From a virus (taxonomy: Duplodnaviria; Caudoviricetes): a stretch of 64,000 bases of DNA. Shown in pieces: positions 61,174 through 64,000 of this stretch. The stretch lies in IMG/VR virus record IMGVR_UViG_3300034062_005355. One strand, 5' to 3'. The notes under the pieces were generated by a model, which was given only the letters and a program-made list of their open reading frames with translations, made no database searches and was not told where the DNA came from. Position numbers and translations under genes: made by a program. Every line of letters starts with the position of its first letter. The first letter of the stretch is position 1.

Positions 61174-62220
61174 ATGAGAGATTTAATTAAAAAAATTTTA
61201 AATGAACAATTGTATGAAAAGTCGGTAATTGCTGAAATGGCAAAGGCGAAAGGTTATTGTGGAAAACATTTTAGTTCAATATCTCCAGAATTACCATTCT
61301 GTAACGCGGCAGAAAATTACATTAAAACTGAAATCGAACAAATTGGTAAAAGAAAATCAAAAGTAATTTTTGACAAATTTAGAAAAGGTCTTGCCAGTTT
61401 TTATGAGAAAATTGAAGACGATGTTTTAGAAATAAAAATTGAAGAACTTACCAATATTCATAATGTTGTGATTGAAGGAAAAAAAGAACTTCAAGACGCC
61501 GAAAATATGTTAAGAGGTAATTGTACAAATATTAATTACGTTGCCAAAAGACAAGTTAACTTATTGAAAGATAAGGCTCAATTATATTTTACAGGTAAAA
61601 ATGGTGAATATAGTTTAACAAACAGATTGGACACCAACTATTCAGCGATTGCTATTTTATTTACAAAATTTTTCTCAAAAAAAGGTGCGTTTGATGGTGT
61701 TGGATATGATAGTAATAATGATTGGGTAAAAATTACAAAAAATTGGATTGAACATTCATTTAATCCATCAATTAACTTTATAGACATTAGACCTGAACAC
61801 GAAAAAAATGATAAATCTGCAGAATTAAGTAGTTTAGAATTTCAAGAATTAGCAAAAATATATTTTAGTAATAGTATTACGTTTGGTTCAAGTGAAATTA
61901 GAAGTATGGTTGATGATGTTCTAACTGATGTTAGAAAGAGAGGTTTTGAAAGTGAAAAACAATTTGAAAAATCTTATTTGGATGACGGAAAAAAAGAATT
62001 TAAACGATACGCTAAAGACTATGGATTTGTTGATAGATTTTTAGGTATTGATTTTATTTATAAAGGAAAAAACTTTTGGATTCCAGTACAAGTTAAATCT
62101 AGCCCGCAAGAAGCGACATATCTGATTAGTAGTTTAGGTTGTAAAACTTATGTAATTGCCGAAAAAACAGGTAAAACTTTTAAAATTAACACATTACATT
62201 CTGATAAATTAAGTGATTAA
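61174..62220 (+). CDS. LNE-leader protein with C-terminal PD-(D/E)xK-like nuclease motif
   Basis: MRDLIKKILNEQ; VDRFLGIDF...PVQVKS. Confidence 0.55.
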   Translation: MRDLIKKILNEQLYEKSVIAEMAKAKGYCGKHFSSISPELPFCNAAENYIKTEIEQIGKRKSKVIFDKFRKGLASFYEKIEDDVLEIKIEELTNIHNVVIEGKKELQDAENMLRGNCTNINYVAKRQVNLLKDKAQLYFTGKNGEYSLTNRLDTNYSAIAILFTKFFSKKGAFDGVGYDSNNDWVKITKNWIEHSFNPSINFIDIRPEHEKNDKSAELSSLEFQELAKIYFSNSITFGSSEIRSMVDDVLTDVRKRGFESEKQFEKSYLDDGKKEFKRYAKDYGFVDRFLGIDFIYKGKNFWIPVQVKSSPQEATYLISSLGCKTYVIAEKTGKTFKINTLHSDKLSD

Positions 62221-62249
62221 TTTAAAGAATAATTGCGTATATTTGCGTA

Positions 62250-62483
62250 ATGACAAAACAAGTAAATTCCGATAAACCTACAAGATGGGAGGTTGTATAT
62301 GAAAATGAACAATGTATTTCTATTTGGAAGTATGATTCAAAAATAACAACAAATGGTCCTATATCCGTTGAACATAAATGGAAGAAGGGATTTGATACTC
62401 CTGTATCAACTAAGAAAAAAACTTTAGGTGATTTAGCTAACGACGCTAAAAAAGTGGTAAAATCAAAGAGACCTAAGTCTTGA
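62250..62483 (+). CDS. hypothetical protein
   Basis: 77-aa ORF after TATATTTG. Confidence 0.6.
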   Translation: MTKQVNSDKPTRWEVVYENEQCISIWKYDSKITTNGPISVEHKWKKGFDTPVSTKKKTLGDLANDAKKVVKSKRPKS

Positions 62484-63104
62484 TTCAATAATCTGTTTTA
62501 ATTTTAATAAGGTTTGTTTGTCTAATGATGAAACAACCTCTGAAGTGTTTTCAAGAACAAGTCGGTCTAATAATGATTCTTTGATTTTGTTATCGTTAAC
62601 TTCATATACCCTATCAAAAGTATGCTCACTTTCCTCAAAATTATCGTAAGAGGTTTCACGACGATTACGACCATCGTATAAATCCCAATTACCCTCTTCT
62701 CTCTGTTGGTTTGCAGAATCAATAACCCAGTCCTCATCGTAAGAATCAAAAGATTGTGTAAGATATTCTTCATATGAACAAGTACCCCAAACACTGTAGT
62801 CTAAATTATAAGTTTTTGCAACAGGTATTATAAGGTCTTCATATGATAATATATCACTTTTTTCCATAATTTTGGCAAGAATACCGTCGTTAATGTAAAG
62901 GAATTTTGCAAAGAATTGAACGTCTTCATCAACAACATTCATATTAAAATATTTTCCAATATTTTCTAATTCACTAAAATGTTCGCCGTAATCGTTATCA
63001 TTATATGGGTTATCTGTTGGGAATCCAGCATCAATTAACTTTTCCGCAATGAAGAATAATTGTTTTTTTGATACTTTTGAAAATTGACTTTGTTCTGTTG
63101 CCAT
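62463..63104 (-). CDS. hypothetical acidic protein
   Basis: Start likely MATEQ at 63104 with TATTTAT upstream. Confidence 0.7.
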   Translation of the reverse strand: MATEQSQFSKVSKKQLFFIAEKLIDAGFPTDNPYNDNDYGEHFSELENIGKYFNMNVVDEDVQFFAKFLYINDGILAKIMEKSDILSYEDLIIPVAKTYNLDYSVWGTCSYEEYLTQSFDSYDEDWVIDSANQQREEGNWDLYDGRNRRETSYDNFEESEHTFDRVYEVNDNKIKESLLDRLVLENTSEVVSSLDKQTLLKLKQIIESRLRSL

Positions 63105-63150
63105 GTTAATAAATATAAAAAAAAGGTGATAATCTCTTATCACCTTTAAT

Positions 63151-63498
63151 TTATTTTTCTTCAGTTTCCCAACCTTCTTCATCATACCAATATTCAACGC
63201 AAGGATATTCTCTACCTTTATCGTCAATATGACACCAATGAGTTTTTTCTTCGTCTAACCATTTCCAATCTTTCCCTTCCTCACCTTCAGGTAAATCAGG
63301 ATTATCTAATGGTGGATGATATGAATTGACATCAACATATCTGTAATTACAAGAACATCCACGATGAACACAATCATCACAATAATTAGGATTACCCCCA
63401 CCTGAATAACCAGGACCATAAGTCCAAACAGCTACTTTTCCGCAATCACATAATTCTTTAAACATATTCAATCTCTTTTGTTTCAGGGTTATACTCAA
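63151..63498 (-). CDS. small Cys-rich protein
   Basis: CDCG...CDDCVHRGCSC...PCVEY. Confidence 0.6.
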   Translation of the reverse strand: MSITLKQKRLNMFKELCDCGKVAVWTYGPGYSGGGNPNYCDDCVHRGCSCNYRYVDVNSYHPPLDNPDLPEGEEGKDWKWLDEEKTHWCHIDDKGREYPCVEYWYDEEGWETEEK

Positions 63499-64000
63499 TT
63501 ACGATTGGTTTGTTCTCATATTGGTATCTCTCATTCAAAACACTTGCATTTAAGTATTCTGTACCATGAAACGATTTTTGACCATAAGCCCAATGGATGT
63601 GACCACAAACATGGATTTTTGGTTTAACTTGTAAGATTCTATTAAACAAATCTTGACACCCCACATTTAATCCTTGAATTGTGTGGTCAACCATTCCGTA
63701 AGCAGGACCATGAGTAACCAAGATATCAAGACCTTCAGGTATTTTTTCCCACTTCTCAGCGAGTTTCTCCCCTCTAGGTAGGTTGAATGCCCAATTATAA
63801 AATTCAGGTTGCCATGGACTTCCGTAGATTTTTACACCGTCAATTTCAACCATCTTGTCAAAAAGATAATGAACACCTTTTTCTTTATACTCAGGAGCAA
63901 TGTCGTGGTTGGTTTCAAATCCCCAATCGTGATTACCGGCAATGAATACTTTATGTTTGAATGGTGTGTTAGAGAACCAATCCAAGAATTGTTTGATTTC
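63458..64000 (-). CDS. calcineurin-like metallophosphoesterase, N-terminus beyond right edge
   Basis: IAGNHD, YGSPWQP, DILVTHGP and CGHIH motifs. Confidence 0.85.
   Translation of the reverse strand, partial: EIKQFLDWFSNTPFKHKVFIAGNHDWGFETNHDIAPEYKEKGVHYLFDKMVEIDGVKIYGSPWQPEFYNWAFNLPRGEKLAEKWEKIPEGLDILVTHGPAYGMVDHTIQGLNVGCQDLFNRILQVKPKIHVCGHIHWAYGQKSFHGTEYLNASVLNERYQYENKPIVIEYNPETKEIEYV

Overview
An AT-rich, gene-dense segment that is most likely from a large (jumbo) dsDNA phage of Bacteroidota. No core virion or replication genes lie in this window, so the assignment is indirect. It rests on many Bacteroidota sigmaA promoters (TTTG-N19/20-TAnnTTTG), a T9SS-CTD adhesin, smpB, an initiator tRNA, intrinsic terminators, a GIY-YIG endonuclease and dozens of short hypothetical ORFs. 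The standard genetic code fits. Four structures stand out. (1) 36-nt repeats of GTTG...CACC form with mostly 30-nt spacers resemble type VI-B (Cas13b) CRISPR units. They occur as a 14-repeat in-frame array inside a protein gene (25928-26918), a 3-repeat mini-array at the 3' end of a related gene (44072-44240) and a solitary repeat (28280-28315). No cas gene is recognisable in the window. (2) About 25 genes share an N-terminal MKYIITESQ / LTE / LQE leader and usually a TATTTAT upstream motif, but carry very different cargo domains. This suggests T4-style capsid-targeted internal proteins. (3) A ~900-nt structured ncRNA (GOLLD-like) follows tRNA-fMet, four tandem promoters and a boxA-like element. 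(4) A ~2.5-kb mostly non-coding region has clustered DnaA boxes. All functional calls come from motifs read by eye; no database searches were run.
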